From: Macrostomum lignano
Lineage: Eukaryota
Length of the DNA: 64,000 bases
Assembly: GCA_002269645.1 (NCBI GenBank)
Contig: NIVC01001383.1
Location: 116,606 to 180,605, forward strand
Direction: 5' to 3'
The notes beneath the pieces are model-generated. The model was not told the origin of the DNA, did not search any database, and saw nothing but the letters and a program-made list of their open reading frames with translations. Each line of letters begins with the position of its first letter. Position 1 is the first letter of the stretch. Below, in pieces: positions 24,231 to 36,719 of the stretch. A program made the translations under genes and the position numbers.

Positions 24231-24515
24231 GAAGTTTTATCTCTTATCTCCCCTCTCCTGTCTGTGCGACACCACTGATCATTGGGCGGGGCAGCTTCTT
24301 GTAAGAGTAATTGGTTACTAACCTAGCAATTGGTAGATTGATTGGTTTAGGCAGTTTGCAGCTAACTTGAATAACATTCGGTGCAGTTGACAGTCCTCAA
24401 ATGTACTTTATTCAATAGATTTCCTAGCGTTCTAAGTTTCTAAGTTTATCAAGTTTATCGGCGACAGTTCTCCTCTCTTTAATGCTTTTAGACGGAGCGT
24501 GTACACTGCCTATAA

Positions 24516-24917
24516 CAGGGGTTGGCTTACTCCGGCCGGGAGGGGCACATGCGCCCTTGAAGCCTCTATCCACCCACCGGGCCCTTTAAAAGTTCCCATG
24601 AAATAGCAATCCGGCCCGCTCAAGGTGTGTCTCTTCTCACCGTTCTTCTCAGTTCTCTCCTCTCTCCCCTCTTACGTATCTCTTAATCTTCTCTCCTTTT
24701 CCCTCTTCTCCTCTCTCATCTTTCTCTTATATCTCCTTTCTTTTCCTTTCTTTTCTTCTCTCCTCTCTCCTTTCCTCTCATCTCCTTTCCTCTCCTCTCC
24801 TTTCCTCCCTCCTCTCTCCTCCCCATTCTTCTCCCCTCTCATCTCCTCTATTCTTTCCTCCTATTCCTCATTTGCTCTGTCATCTAGCCCTTGAGAGAAA
24901 AAGTTTGCCGACCCCTA
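24516..24917. mobile_element. hAT (Charlie-like) MITE relic with an internal CT-rich tract
   Basis: Left end CAGGGGTTGGC, right end aaaagtttgccgacccct(a), and internal aatccggcccgc typical of such MITEs. No 8-bp TSD is preserved. Confidence 0.55.
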
Positions 24918-25419
24918 AGACACTGAGAAAGTGCTGCTGACACAGTGCCCATATGCTTGCTCGGATATCAGCGCAAATTGACTGCCAAATTGATCTGTAA
25001 TAAGCTGCTCTGAGAAGTCTAAATAAATCTCTGAGCATATTTCGCAACTGAGGTCAAGTCCAAAGTTGCTCCACAAAAAACAGGAACCCAATCAAAGTAG
25101 GTATACAATAAATATTTATATTATCACCGCAAACAGACTGCAGGGCGTACAGATTGCTCTAGTGTTTATATTGACGAACTATCATTTCAGTTTTCAATAT
25201 AAGCCAGTCGTGACATACTAGTAAATAAGTGACAGAATGCGGTTATGACATTTAAAAAGAATAATAGCCAGTATATATGCGTGGTGTATATGCAGACCTC
25301 AACGCACCAAAAATGATCACGGTTAACTCAAACGGTGAGAGAAGTAAAAGCAGCCAGTTTTGATAAAATTAATTTATTAATGTATTTTTTGGCGGAATAT
25401 GCAGAGAAGTGAGGAGAAG

Positions 25420-25996
25420 GGAGGGGATGAGGGGATGAGGAGCAGGGAGGGGATGAGGAGCAGGGAGGGGATGAGGAGCAGAGAGGGGATGAGGAGCAGG
25501 GAGGGGATGAGGAGCAGAGAGGGGATGAGGAGCAGGGAGGGGATGAGGAGCAGGGAGGGGATGAGGAGCAGGGAGGGGATGAGTAGCAGGGAGGGGATGA
25601 GTAGCAGGGAGGGGATGAGGAGCAGGGAGGGGATGAGGAGCAGGGAGGGGATGAGGAGCAGGGAGGGGATGAGGAGCAGGGAGGGGATGAGTAGCAGGGA
25701 GGGGATGAGGAGCAGGGAGGGGATGAGGAGCAGGGAGGGGATGAGGAGCAGGGAGGGGATGAGGAGCAGGGAGGGGATGAGTAGCAGGGAGGGGATGAGG
25801 AGCAGGGAGGGGATGAGTAGCAGGGAGGGATGAGGAGCAGGGAGGGGATGAGGAGCAGGGAGGGGATGAGGAGCAGGGAGGGGATGAGGAGCAGGGAGGG
25901 GATGAGGAGCAGGGAGGGGATGAGGAGCAGGGAGGGGATGAGGAGCAGGGAGGGGATGAGGAGCAGGGAGGGGATGAGGAGCAGGGAGGGGATGAG
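25420..25996. repeat. 18-bp G-rich minisatellite (GAGGGGATGAGGAGCAGG), about 31 copies
   Basis: Direct periodicity; shadow ORFs MRSREG and PAPHPL. Confidence 0.97.
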
Positions 25997-26499
25997 AATT
26001 AGTAAACGAAATGAGATAGCGAGCGCAAGGATTTGCAGACAGCAGAAATATCAACGGATTATCAGTTAACAGTTTAGCACAGTGGCATGAAAGAAAAGTA
26101 ATATTCGAAACACGGAACCAATCAGGACAAAAGAAAGGTTTTACTGGCAAAGAGCAAGAAAGCAAAATTTACAGCAAGCAAAGCCCGTCATAGTAGAACA
26201 CCAGTCTTAAAAAGGAATTGCTGGAAAACAAATAAAAATACACAAGATAAGACACAGAAACAAAATAGCGCTGCAGGCAATACCGCACAGACAGCGGCAT
26301 CAACAAAAATCTGGCATTTTTATCTGATTATAGATAACAAAACCGCCATCCTAGCCTTTTCAAGCTTTGAGAAATTAAATACAGGGACCAGACCAGGAAC
26401 AATGTGCAGTGGGTGAAGAATGGAGTCTGGGAATAACTTATAAAAGGCATGAAGAATGGGATTTTACAGAGGGTTGGAAAAACTCATTGGGCAGGGGAA

Positions 26500-26835
26500 A
26501 ATGGGATGCGGAACCTGATTAGGGGAATGGAAAACGAGATGCGGAACCTGATTAGGGAAAGGCGAACGGGATGCGGAACCTGATTAGGGGAATGGAAAAC
26601 GAGATGCGGAACCTGATTAGGGGAAGGGGAACGGGATGCGGAACCTGATTAGGGAAAGGCGAACGGGATGCGGAACCTGATTAGGGGAATGGAAAACGAG
26701 ATGCGGAACCTGATTAGGGGAAGGGGAACGGGATGCGGAACCTGATTAGGGAAAGACGAACGGGATGCGGAACCTGATTAGGGGAATGGAAAACGAGATG
26801 CGGAACATGATTAGGGGAAAGGAAATAGGATGCGA
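26500..26835. repeat. 32/33-bp repeat (GATGCGGAACCTGATTAGGG + variable tail) with cycling tail variants
   Basis: About 10 units with a constant core and tails aatggaaaac, aaaggcgaac and aaggggaac. Confidence 0.9.
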
Positions 26836-27116
26836 AAACCCATTTCAATGATTACAATGGATGCACATTAAATAAGACAATAACTATAAAACAAAGGCAA
26901 AAGCAGACGCAGGAAAAAAACGCATTAAGACAGGCAGAATTACAATAAATAATATTTCATACAGCTTCATCGCCAAAAGCAGACAAAGTGAAATCAGCAG
27001 AGCATAGTAAAGCTTAGCACAAAGTCACACAGAAATTAATAATCAGAGATTTAAACACTCAAAAAATATAGGCACAAACATAAGGACTCCCGCAGTCAAA
27101 ACAAACAAATAAAATA

Positions 27117-27122
27117 TTTATT
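27117..27122 (-). promoter_or_regulatory. Candidate polyadenylation signal of the FNDC3-like gene
   Basis: AATAAA on the minus strand about 470 nt past the stop, followed by U/GU-rich sequence. Confidence 0.4.
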
Positions 27123-27277
27123 TTGCTACACTTTAACTCAATTATAATTTCAATCTATAAATAACGCAGTTGATTAAAAATAATGATTAAAACAGGACCA
27201 AAACCACCGCGTATTATTGTTGCATAATTTACTCAGGCTCTCACCGTTAACAGGAGCATGCAAATTGATCCCGGATA

Positions 27278-27442
27278 GGTTTTGACCATAGACTAACCGA
27301 CTCTAACGCTTGAAGTCTCTTATAGGATTAGAGAGATTAATATCGAGCGTGAACATACGCTCGTAGAATGCCAGCCTGAGGAGGGAGGAGGTTGGCTCTT
27401 GGCCATAGACTACAGTCGGCCATTTTGTCTATGGTCAAAAGC
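27278..27442. mobile_element. 165-bp MITE-like element with 16-bp TIRs and TA flanks, in the FNDC3 3' UTR
   Basis: TA-GGTTTTGACCATAGAC ... GTCTATGGTCAAAAGC-TA (1 mismatch). Confidence 0.55.
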
Positions 27443-27590
27443 TAAACTATCGGACTGGAAGCGTTTCACTACTCTCCGATGTCAATATGCTACTCAGTAT
27501 GATAATAAAAATGGTATAGACAATAGGACTATATATAGCTACAGACTGCCGCCACCACCACCACCGCCTCAAGCCAGCAGCGCCAGAGCT

Positions 27591-27992
27591 TCAAACGTCT
27601 AAGACGGCCAGTCGTTGAAGCAGAGCGGCAACTAGTGCGGCTAACAGGCCGAAAGCCAGCATGCAGGCCAGGGCTGCGCGGGTCTCTTGGCTGAAGCCGG
27701 CTGTTACTGATTGCCAATGCCACCAAGGCAAGCTCTGCTGCTGTTGCTGCTGCGGCTGCTGCTTTTGCTGCGATTGCTTCTGCTGCATTGTCGATGCCTC
27801 TTTGCTTGCCGAAGAAGCTGAAGCTGCCGCTGCTGCTGGCCTGCGAGTGCAGAATGCTGCCGAGTGCGAGTACGGGCCAGTCAGCTCATCCCCGGTGTCC
27901 GGGCAGCGGCGGCAGGCGGCCACGCGGACGTGATAGTCCGTGCCCGGCCGCAGGCTGCTGAGGCGGTGGCACTGCTCCGTGCCTCTGTGCAC
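27591..27992 (-). CDS. FNDC3: FNDC3-like, last exon (end of FN3 #9, Q-rich linker, C-terminal tail-anchor TM)
   Basis: Acceptor ccgccgcag| in phase 0. RVAACRRCPDTGDELTGPYS resembles the last FN3 of FNDC3A. Hydrophobic AALACMLAFGLLAALVAALLQ precedes the TGA. Confidence 0.92.
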   Translation of the reverse strand: MHRGTEQCHRLSSLRPGTDYHVRVAACRRCPDTGDELTGPYSHSAAFCTRRPAAAAASASSASKEASTMQQKQSQQKQQPQQQQQQSLPWWHWQSVTAGFSQETRAALACMLAFGLLAALVAALLQRLAVLDV

Positions 27993-28009
27993 CTGCGGCG
28001 GGTTCGGGT

Positions 28010-29695
28010 TGGGTAGATGTGTGCTGTTTGGTAGATTTATGCTGTTGGGTAGTGTGCTGCTTGGTAGATTTATGCTGTTGGGTAGATGTGTGCTGTTGGG
28101 TAGATGTGTGCTGTTGGGTAGATGTGTGCTGTTGGGTAGATGTGTGCTGCTTGGTAGATTTACTTCGGGTGTGTCATAAGTAATGTCACTGATGTGAAAA
28201 CAGACGAACTTGCAATCGCAGATGAACAAAACTGTACCACTCAACAACATAGAGTCCCCCAATATCAATCACCATCTGGCAGTGCTCATACAGCTTGTCC
28301 ACCTCAGCCTGCAGGTGTTTTTCCTCCAACTGCCAAAACCAGTGCAACGCGGCCTGTTTTACCTCATCATGGTTTGCGAAACTCTTCTTGAAAAAGTCAG
28401 CCTTCAGCCATTTGAACAGGAACCTCTTGCACAAGTTGAAGTCCGGGCTGTAGGGACTGTCAGAGCATATTCACTCGCCGTGCAGGCAGAAAGTTCGAAA
28501 AAGCCTTACAGGTGTGCGGCCGTGCGGTGTCCATCTGCCACAGAACCTCGCCCAGGTGACATGGATTTGACCGGAGATTGCGCCAGAGGTCCCCAGTATG
28601 CCGGACAAAGTCGATAAAGTACTGGCCATCGACCTTGGTGTTCGGTGGAGTTGTGCAGATGGAGACTCGTTTGTTTGGCGTGAAGGCTACCAGCAGCATG
28701 GTCTTCTTGTCCAAGATGGACTTCCTGGTCACAGTCGCCCTGGAGTCCCCAGCTCCCAGCCAGCAGCGATTGTCTGCCTTGCTGCCCTTGCCATCCAGGT
28801 GGAGCCAGCTTTCATCCTCAGCAACCAGGCAGTTTAGGATGTCATTCAAGCCCCGCCTGCTGAACACCTTGCGGATCTGCTTGGTGCAGGCGTCTTGTCG
28901 AGATTCATGGTGATTTTTGTTCGCTGCATGGACGATTTTTCATCGCGTTGCACTTGCTAAATCTGCTTGGCGTATTCTTGCGATAGCTTGGGCCATAAAC
29001 AACCTATGCACGTCTCAAATGCACTGCTATTGCTTCACTAAGTATACTTTGCAGCTACGCTACCCACAAGTCCATGTGCCTACATATTTTAGACAGAGGC
29101 CTGCAGTGACATTACTTATGACACACCCGAAGTATGCTGTTGGGTAGATGTGTGCTGTTGGGTAGATTTATGCTGTTGGGTAGATGTGTGCTGATGGTAG
29201 ATGTGTGCTGTTGGGTAGATGTGTGCTGCTGGGTAGATTTATGCTGTTGGGTAGATGTGTGCTGATGGTAGATGTGTGCTGTTGGGTAGATGTGTGCTGC
29301 TGGGTAGATTTATGCTGTTGGGTAGATGTGTGCTGTTGAGTAGATGTGTGCTGTTGAGTAGATGTGTGCTGTTGAGTAGATGTGTGCTGTTGAGTAGATT
29401 TATGCTGTTGAGTAGATGTGTGCTGTTGGGTAGATATGTGCTGTTGGGTAGATTTATGCTGTTGAGTAGATGTGTGCTGTTGGGTAGATATGTGCTGTTG
29501 AGTAGATTTATGCTGTTGAGTAGATGTGTGCTGTTGAGTAGATGTGTGCTGTTGAGTAGATTTATGCTGTTGAGTAGATGTGTGCTGTTGAGTAGATGTG
29601 TGCTGTTGGGTAGATATGTGCTGTTGGGTAGATATGTGCTGCTGGGTAGATATGTGTTGTTGGGCAGATATGTGTTGTTGGGCAGAAATGTGTTG
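28010..29695. repeat. 18-bp minisatellite (GGGTAGATGTGTGCTGTT) split by the mariner insertion (28010-28160 and 29135-29695)
   Basis: The same unit lies on both sides; the empty site tagattTAtgctgttg can be reconstructed. Confidence 0.95.
28163..29132 (-). mobile_element. Internally deleted mariner (DD34D-type) transposon, 970 bp, with perfect 29-bp TIRs and TA TSD
   Basis: TIR cttcgggtgtgtcataagtaatgtcactg at both ends, with TA at 28161-28162 and 29133-29134. Transposase motifs VAEDESW, MDTARPH and (P)YSPDFNLC. There is an in-frame stop and a frameshift before YSPD, the third Asp position reads Lys, and the second HTH/WVPHEL region is missing. Confidence 0.95.
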
Positions 29696-30155
29696 TATAA
29701 GCAGTGAGGCTATTCTCTACATCACATAAATCGTACGCTCAGAAACCAGTAATTAACAGGCGTACGCACGCGATCGTATAGTATAGAGATTATATACTCG
29801 CATATACTGTTGATACAGAGAACACAACGTACTAAGCTGCTAATGCGGTGCATATGTCCAGCAAGGCAGAATAATGATGGACAGGTGTAGTTATAGAATA
29901 AACGGAAATGAATTAAAAAAAACTCCATGATGGCGGTTTTCAGCACGAGATCTGAATAGATGCTGCTTATAACTATAAGAGTATAGTAAGCCAGAGCCAA
30001 AAAATGGACGGAACTGCAACTAATTGCGGAAAAATTTCGGAACTGAAGAAGGCGAGGAGACAGTCGAGTACAGTTATTTTTCTCCACTATGAGTGTTATC
30101 AGCGGCTGAGCTTTTCTACTCCTAAAGGTGCGTTAGGAGCCGGGACAGAGTGCAA

Positions 30156-33100
30156 AGTGACTGAGTGAGGGAATCCAGCAGAACCAATTCAGTGACTGAG
30201 TGAGGGAATCCAGCAGAACCAATTCAGTGACTGAGTGAGGGAATCCAGCAGCATCAATTGAGTGACTGAGTGAGGGAATCCAGCAGCACCAATTCAGTGA
30301 CTGAGTGAGGGAATCCAGCAGCACCAATTGAGTGACTGAGTGAGGGAATCCAGCAGCACCAATTCAGTGACTGAGTGAGGGAATCCAGCAGAACCAATTG
30401 AGTGACTGAGTGAGGGAATCCAGCAGAACCAATTCAGTGACTGAGTGAGGGAATCCAGCAGAACCAATTGAGTGACTGAGTGAGGGAATCCAGCAGAATC
30501 AATTCAGTGACTGAGTGAGGGAATCCAGCAGCACCAATTCAGTGACTGAGTGAGGGAATCCAGCAGCACCAATTCAGTGACTGAGTGAGGGAATCCAGCA
30601 GAACCAATTGAGTGACTGAGTGAGGGAATCCAGCAGAACCAATTGAGTGACTGAGTGAGGGAATCCAGCAGCACCAATTCAGTGACTGAGTGAGGGAATC
30701 CAGCAGAACCAATTGAGTGACTGAGTGAGGGAATCCAGCAGAATCAATTCAGTGACTGAGTGAGGGAATCCAGCAGAACCAATTGAGTGACTGAGTGAGG
30801 GAATCCAGCAGAATCAATTCAGTGACTGAGTGAGGGAATCCAGCAGCACCAATTGAGTGACTGAGTGAGGGAATCCAGCAGCACCAATTGAGTGACTGAG
30901 TGAGGGAATCCAGCAGCATCAATTGAGTGACTGAGTGAGGGAATCCAGCAGAACCAATTCAGTGACTGAGTGAGGGAATCCAGCAGCACCAATTGAGTGA
31001 CTGAGTGAGGGAATCCAGCAGAACCAATTCAGTGACTGAGTGAGGGAATCCAGCAGAATCAATTCAGTGACTGAGTGAGGGAATCCAGCAGAACCAATTG
31101 AGTGACTGAGTGAGGGAATCCAGCAGAATCAATTCAGTGACTGAGTGAGGGAATCCAGCAGAACCAATTGAGTGACTGAGTGAGGGAATCAAGCAGCATC
31201 AATTGAGTGACTGAGTGAGGGAATCCAGCAGCACCAATTCAGTGACTGAGTGAGGGAATCCAGCAGCACCAATTGAGTGACTGAGTGAGGGAATCCAGCA
31301 GAACCAATTGAGTGACTGAGTGAGGGAATCCAGCAGAATCAATTGAGTGACTGAGTGAGGGAATCCAGCAGCACCAATTCAGTGACTGAGTGAGGGAATC
31401 CAGCAGCACCAATTGAGTGACTGAGTGAGGGAATCCAGCAGCATCAATTGAGTGACTGAGTGAGGGAATCCAGCAGCACCAATTCAGTGACTGAGTGAGG
31501 GAATCCAGCAGCACCAATTGAGTGACTGAGTGAGGGAATCCAGCAGAATCAATTCAGTGACTGAGTGAGGGAATCCAGCAGAACCAATTGAGTGACTGAG
31601 TGAGGGAATCCAGCAGAATCAATTCAGTGACTGAGTGAGGGAATCCAGCAGAACCAATTCAGTGACTGAGTGAGGGAATCCAGCAGAATCAATTCAGTGA
31701 CTGAGTGAGGGAATCCAGCAGCACCAATTGAGTGACTGAGTGAGGGAATCCAGCAGCACCAATTCAGTGACTGAGTGAGGGAATCCAGCAGAACCAATTG
31801 AGTGACTGAGTGAGGGAATCCAGCAGAACCAATTGAGTGACTGAGTGAGGGAATCCAGCAGCACCAATTCAGTGACTGAGTGAGGGAATCCAGCAGAACC
31901 AATTGAGTGACTGAGTGAGGGAATCCAGCAGAATCAATTCAGTGACTGAGTGAGGGAATCCAGCAGAACCAATTGAGTGACTGAGTGAGGGAATCCAGCA
32001 GAATCAATTCAGTGACTGAGTGAGGGAATCCAGCAGCACCAATTGAGTGACTGAGTGAGGGAATCCAGCAGCACCAATTGAGTGACTGAGTGAGGGAATC
32101 CAGCAGCATCAATTGAGTGACTGAGTGAGGGAATCCAGCAGCACCAATTCAGTGACTGAGTGAGGGAATCCAGCAGCACCAATTGAGTGACTGAGTGAGG
32201 GAATCCAGCAGAACCAATTCAGTGACTGAGTGAGGGAATCCAGCAGAATCAATTCAGTGACTGAGTGAGGGAATCCAGCAGAACCAATTGAGTGACTGAG
32301 TGAGGGAATCCAGCAGAATCAATTCAGTGACTGAGTGAGGGAATCCAGCAGAACCAATTGAGTGACTGAGTGAGGGAATCAAGCAGCATCAATTGCGTGA
32401 CTGAGTGAGGGAATCCAGCAGCACCAATTCAGTGACTAAGTGAGGGAATCCAGCAGCACCAATTGAGTGACTGAGTGAGGGAATCCAGCAGAACCAATTC
32501 AGTGACTGAGTGAGGGAATCCAGCAGCATCAATTGAGTGACTGAGTGAGGGAATCCAGCAGCACCAATTCAGTGACTGAGTGAGGGAATCCAGCAGCACC
32601 AATTGAGTGACTGAGTGAGGGAATCCAGCAGCATCAATTGAGTGACTGAGTGAGGGAATCCAGCAGCACCAATTCAGTGACTGAGTGAGGGAATCCAGCA
32701 GCACCAATTGAGTGACTGAGTGAGGGAATCCAGCAGAACCAATTCAGTGACTGAGTGAGGGAATCCAGCAGAACCAATTCAGTGACTGAGTGAGGGAATC
32801 CAGCAGAACCAATTGAGTGACTGAGTGAGGGAATCCAGCAGAACCAATTGAGTGACTGAGTGAGGGAATCCAGCAGCATCAATTGAGTGACTGAGTGAGG
32901 GAATCCAGCAGCACCAATTCAGTGACTGAGTGAGGGAATCCAGCAGAACCAATTCAGTGACTGAGTGAGGGAATCCAGCAGAATCAATTCAGTGACTGAG
33001 TGAGGGAATCCAGCAGAACCAATTGAGTGACTGAGTGAGGGAATCCAGCAGAACCAATTCAGTGACTGAGTGAGGGAATCCAGCAGAATCAATTCAGTGA

Positions 33101-35921
33101 CTGAGTGAGGGAATCCAGCAGAACCAATTGAGTGACTGAGTGAGGGAATCCAGCAGAACCAATTGAGTGACTGAGTGAGGGAATCCAGCAGCATCAATTG
33201 AGTGACTGAGTGAGGGAATCCAGCAGCACCAATTCAGTGACTGAGTGAGGGAATCCAGCAGCACCAATTGAGTGACTGAGTGAGGGAATCCAGCAGAACC
33301 AATTCAGTGACTGAGTGAGGGAATCCAGCAGCACCAATTCAGTGACTGAGTGAGGGAATCCAGCAGCACCAATTGAGTGACTGAGTGAGGGAATCCAGCA
33401 GAATCAATTCAGTGACTGAGTGAGGGAATCCAGCAGAACCAATTGAGTGACTGAGTGAGGGAATCCAGCAGAACCAATTCAGTGACTGAGTGAGGGAATC
33501 CAGCAGAATCAATTCAGTGACTGAGTGAGGGAATCCAGCAGAACCAATTCAGTGACTGAGTGAGGGAATCCAGCAGCATCAATTGAGTGACTGAGTGAGG
33601 GAATCCAGCAGCACCAATTCAGTGACTGAGTGAGGGAATCCAGCAGAACCAATTGCGTGACTGAGTGAGGGAATCCAGCAGAACCAATTCAGTGACTGAG
33701 TGAGGGAATCCAGCAGCACCAATTCAGTGACTGAGTGAGGGAATCCAGCAGCACCAATTGAGTGACTGAGTGAGGGAATCCAGCAGAACCAATTCAGTGA
33801 CTGAGTGAGGGAATCCAGCAGAACCAATTGAGTGACTGAGTGAGGGAATCCAGCAGAACCAATTGAGTGACTGAGTGAGGGAATCCAGCAGAACCAATTC
33901 AGTGACTGAGTGAGGGAATCCAGCAGAATCAATTCAGTGACAGAGTGAGGGAATCCAGCAGAACCAATTGAGTGACTGAGTGAGGGAATCCAGCAGCACC
34001 AATTCAGTGACTGAGTGAGGGAATCCAGCAGCACCAATTGAGTGACTGAGTGAGGGAATCCAGCAGAACCAATTCAGTGACTGAGTGAGGGAATCCAGCA
34101 GAATCAATTCAGTGACTGAGTGAGGGAATCCAGCAGAACCAATTGAGTGACTGAGTGAGGGAATCCAGCAGAACCAATTGAGTGACTGAGTGAGGGAATC
34201 CAGCAGCATCAATTGAGTGACTGAGTGAGGGAATCCAGCAGAATCAATTCAGTGACTGAGTGAGGGAATCCAGCAGAACCAATTCAGTGACTGAGTGAGG
34301 GAATCCAGCAGAACCAATTCAGTGACTGAGTGAGGGAATCCAGCAGAATCAATTCAGTGACTGAGTGAGGGAATCCAGCAGAACCAATTGAGTGACTGAG
34401 TGAGGGAATCCAGCAGAACCAATTGAGTGACTGAGTGAGGGAATCCAGCAGCATCAATTGAGTGACTGAGTGAGGGAATCCAGCAGCACCAATTGAGTGA
34501 CTGAGTGAGGGAATCCAGCAGAACCAATTCAGTGACTGAGTGAGGGAATCCAGCAGAATCAATTCAGTGACTGAGTGAGGGAATCCAGCAGAACCAATTG
34601 AGTGACTGAGTGAGGGAATCCAGCAGCACCAATTCAGTGACTGAGTGAGGGAATCCAGCAGAATCAATTCAGTGACTGAGTGAGGGAATCCAGCAGAACC
34701 AATTGAGTGACTGAGTGAGGGAATCCAGCAGAACCAATTGAGTGACTGAGTGAGGGAATCCAGCAGCATCAATTGAGTGACTGAGTGAGGGAATCCAGCA
34801 GCACCAATTCAGTGACTGAGTGAGGGAATCCAGCAGCACAAATTGAGTGACTGAGTGAGGGAATCCAGCAGAACCAATTCAGTGACTGAGTGAGGGAATC
34901 CAGCAGCACCAATTCAGTGACTGAGTGAGGGAATCCAGCAGCACCAATTGAGTGACTGAGTGAGGGAATCCAGCAGAATCAATTCAGTGACTGAGTGAGG
35001 GAATCCAGCAGAATCAATTCAGTGACTGAGTGAGGGAATCCAGCAGAACCAATTCAGTGACTGAGTGAGGGAATCCAGCAGAATCAATTCAGTGACTGAG
35101 TGAGGGAATCCAGCAGAACCAATTGAGTGACTGAGTGAGGGAATCCAGCAGAACCAATTCAGTGACTGAGTGAGGGAATCCAGCAGCACCAATTCAGTGA
35201 CTGAGTGAGGGAATCCAGCAGCACCAATTGAGTGACTGAGTGAGGGAATCCAGCAGAACCAATTCAGTGACTGAGTGAGGGAATCCAGCAGCACCAATTC
35301 AGTGACTGAGTGAGGGAATCCAGCAGCACCAATTGAGTGACTGAGTGAGGGAATCCAGCAGCACCAATTGAGTGACTGAGTGAGGGAATCCAGCAGCACC
35401 AATTGAGTGACTGAGTGAGGGAATCCAGCAGCACCAATTCAGTGACTGAGTGAGGGAATCCAGCAGCACCAATTGAGTGACTGAGTGAGGGAATCCAGCA
35501 GAACCAATTCAGTGACTGAGTGAGGGAATCCAGCAGAACCAATTGAGTGACTGAGTGAGGGAATCCAGCAGAACCAATGAGTGACTGAGTGAGGGAATCC
35601 AGCAGAACCAATTCAGTGACTGAGTGAGGGAATCCAGCAGAACCAATTGAGTGACTGAGTGAGGGAATCCAGCAGCACCAATTGAGTGACTGAGTGAGGG
35701 AATCCAGCAGCACCAATTGAGTGACTGAGTGAGGGAATCCAGCAGAATCAATTCAGTGACTGAGTGAGGGAATCCAGCAGCACCAATTGAGTGACTGAGT
35801 GAGGGAATCCAGCAGAACCAATTGAGTGACTGAGTGAGGGAATCCAGCAGAACCAATTCAGTGACTGAGTGAGGGAATCCAGCAGAACCAATGAGTGACT
35901 GAGTGAGGGAATCCAGCAGAA
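30156..35921. repeat. 35-bp satellite (AGTGACTGAGTGAGGGAATCCAGCAG[C/A]A[C/T]CAATT[C/G]), about 165 copies, 5.8 kb
   Basis: Strict periodicity with three biallelic positions; the array begins about 33 nt into the intron from the donor at 35954. Confidence 0.99.
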
Positions 35922-35954
35922 CAGGACTGCAGGTTCAAGAAAGCGGCAGCATAC

Positions 35955-36569
35955 CAGAGTGTAGTCAGGCTCTCCAGAGGCCATGAGCTGCAGCAGGTAG
36001 GTCACGGGCTCATCAAGCTGCTGCTGCAACTGCCAGTCAATCCGGCAGGATGTCTCAGTCAAGCCAGACACTCGCGGCGGCTTTGGCGCAGGCGGCACAG
36101 CTCGATCTGTAACAAATCTGACTGGCTCCGAATAGTCGCCGAAGCCCGAAGAGTTCGCCGCCCTAATCCGAAACAGATAGGCGGTTTGCTCAGTTAGCCG
36201 AGCAACTCTCGCCGCCAGCGCCGGTCCGTGATACACCAACTGCCAGCTGGGCTCCGCGCCATCCAGCGCCGCTTCCACTTGGTACTGAGGCCAATCCGAT
36301 GACGATGAAGCTGCTGCAGCCGACGCCGCTGAAGCTGACGATGACGAGGAGGACGCGGCTGCTGACGACCATCGCAGTTTGAGCCAGTCGGCGGCCCGAT
36401 GGGCGCACTCTAAACGGTTCGGCGGCGGCGGCGGCAGCGGCCCAGTGACGGCTTTGCAGACTGGCGACATTGGGCCCGGGCCGATGCTGTTGTAGGCTCG
36501 GACTCGAATCCGATAGAGGGTGTCCGGCCGGAGGCTCGATATGGTGTACTCGCACTGGTCCGGGCTCAC
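35955..36569 (-). CDS. FNDC3: FNDC3-like exon (FN3 #7 end, #8, start of #9)
   Basis: Acceptor gtcaccag|, donor CTG|GTATGC, 615 nt, phase 0/0. Motifs LRPDTLYRIRVRAYNSIGPGPMS and LTEQTAYLFRIRAANSSGFGDYS. Confidence 0.93.
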
Positions 36570-36719
36570 CTGGTGACGGATTGGGATTTTTGTGAAAACA
36601 AAGCGAGTGAAATGAGTGAACTGGGAGGGCAGAATAGAAAGCAATGGGAATGTGGATTGCTGGACTGGGATTTAGGAATTGGGAATGGCGAAGTGAAAAA
36701 GAGGAAGTGGAAATGAGAA

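Noticed and set aside
30156-35921. CRISPR-like appearance of the 35-bp array (also 26500-26835)
   Set aside because: There are no unique spacers, only 1-nt variants of a contiguous unit; no cas genes; eukaryotic intron context.
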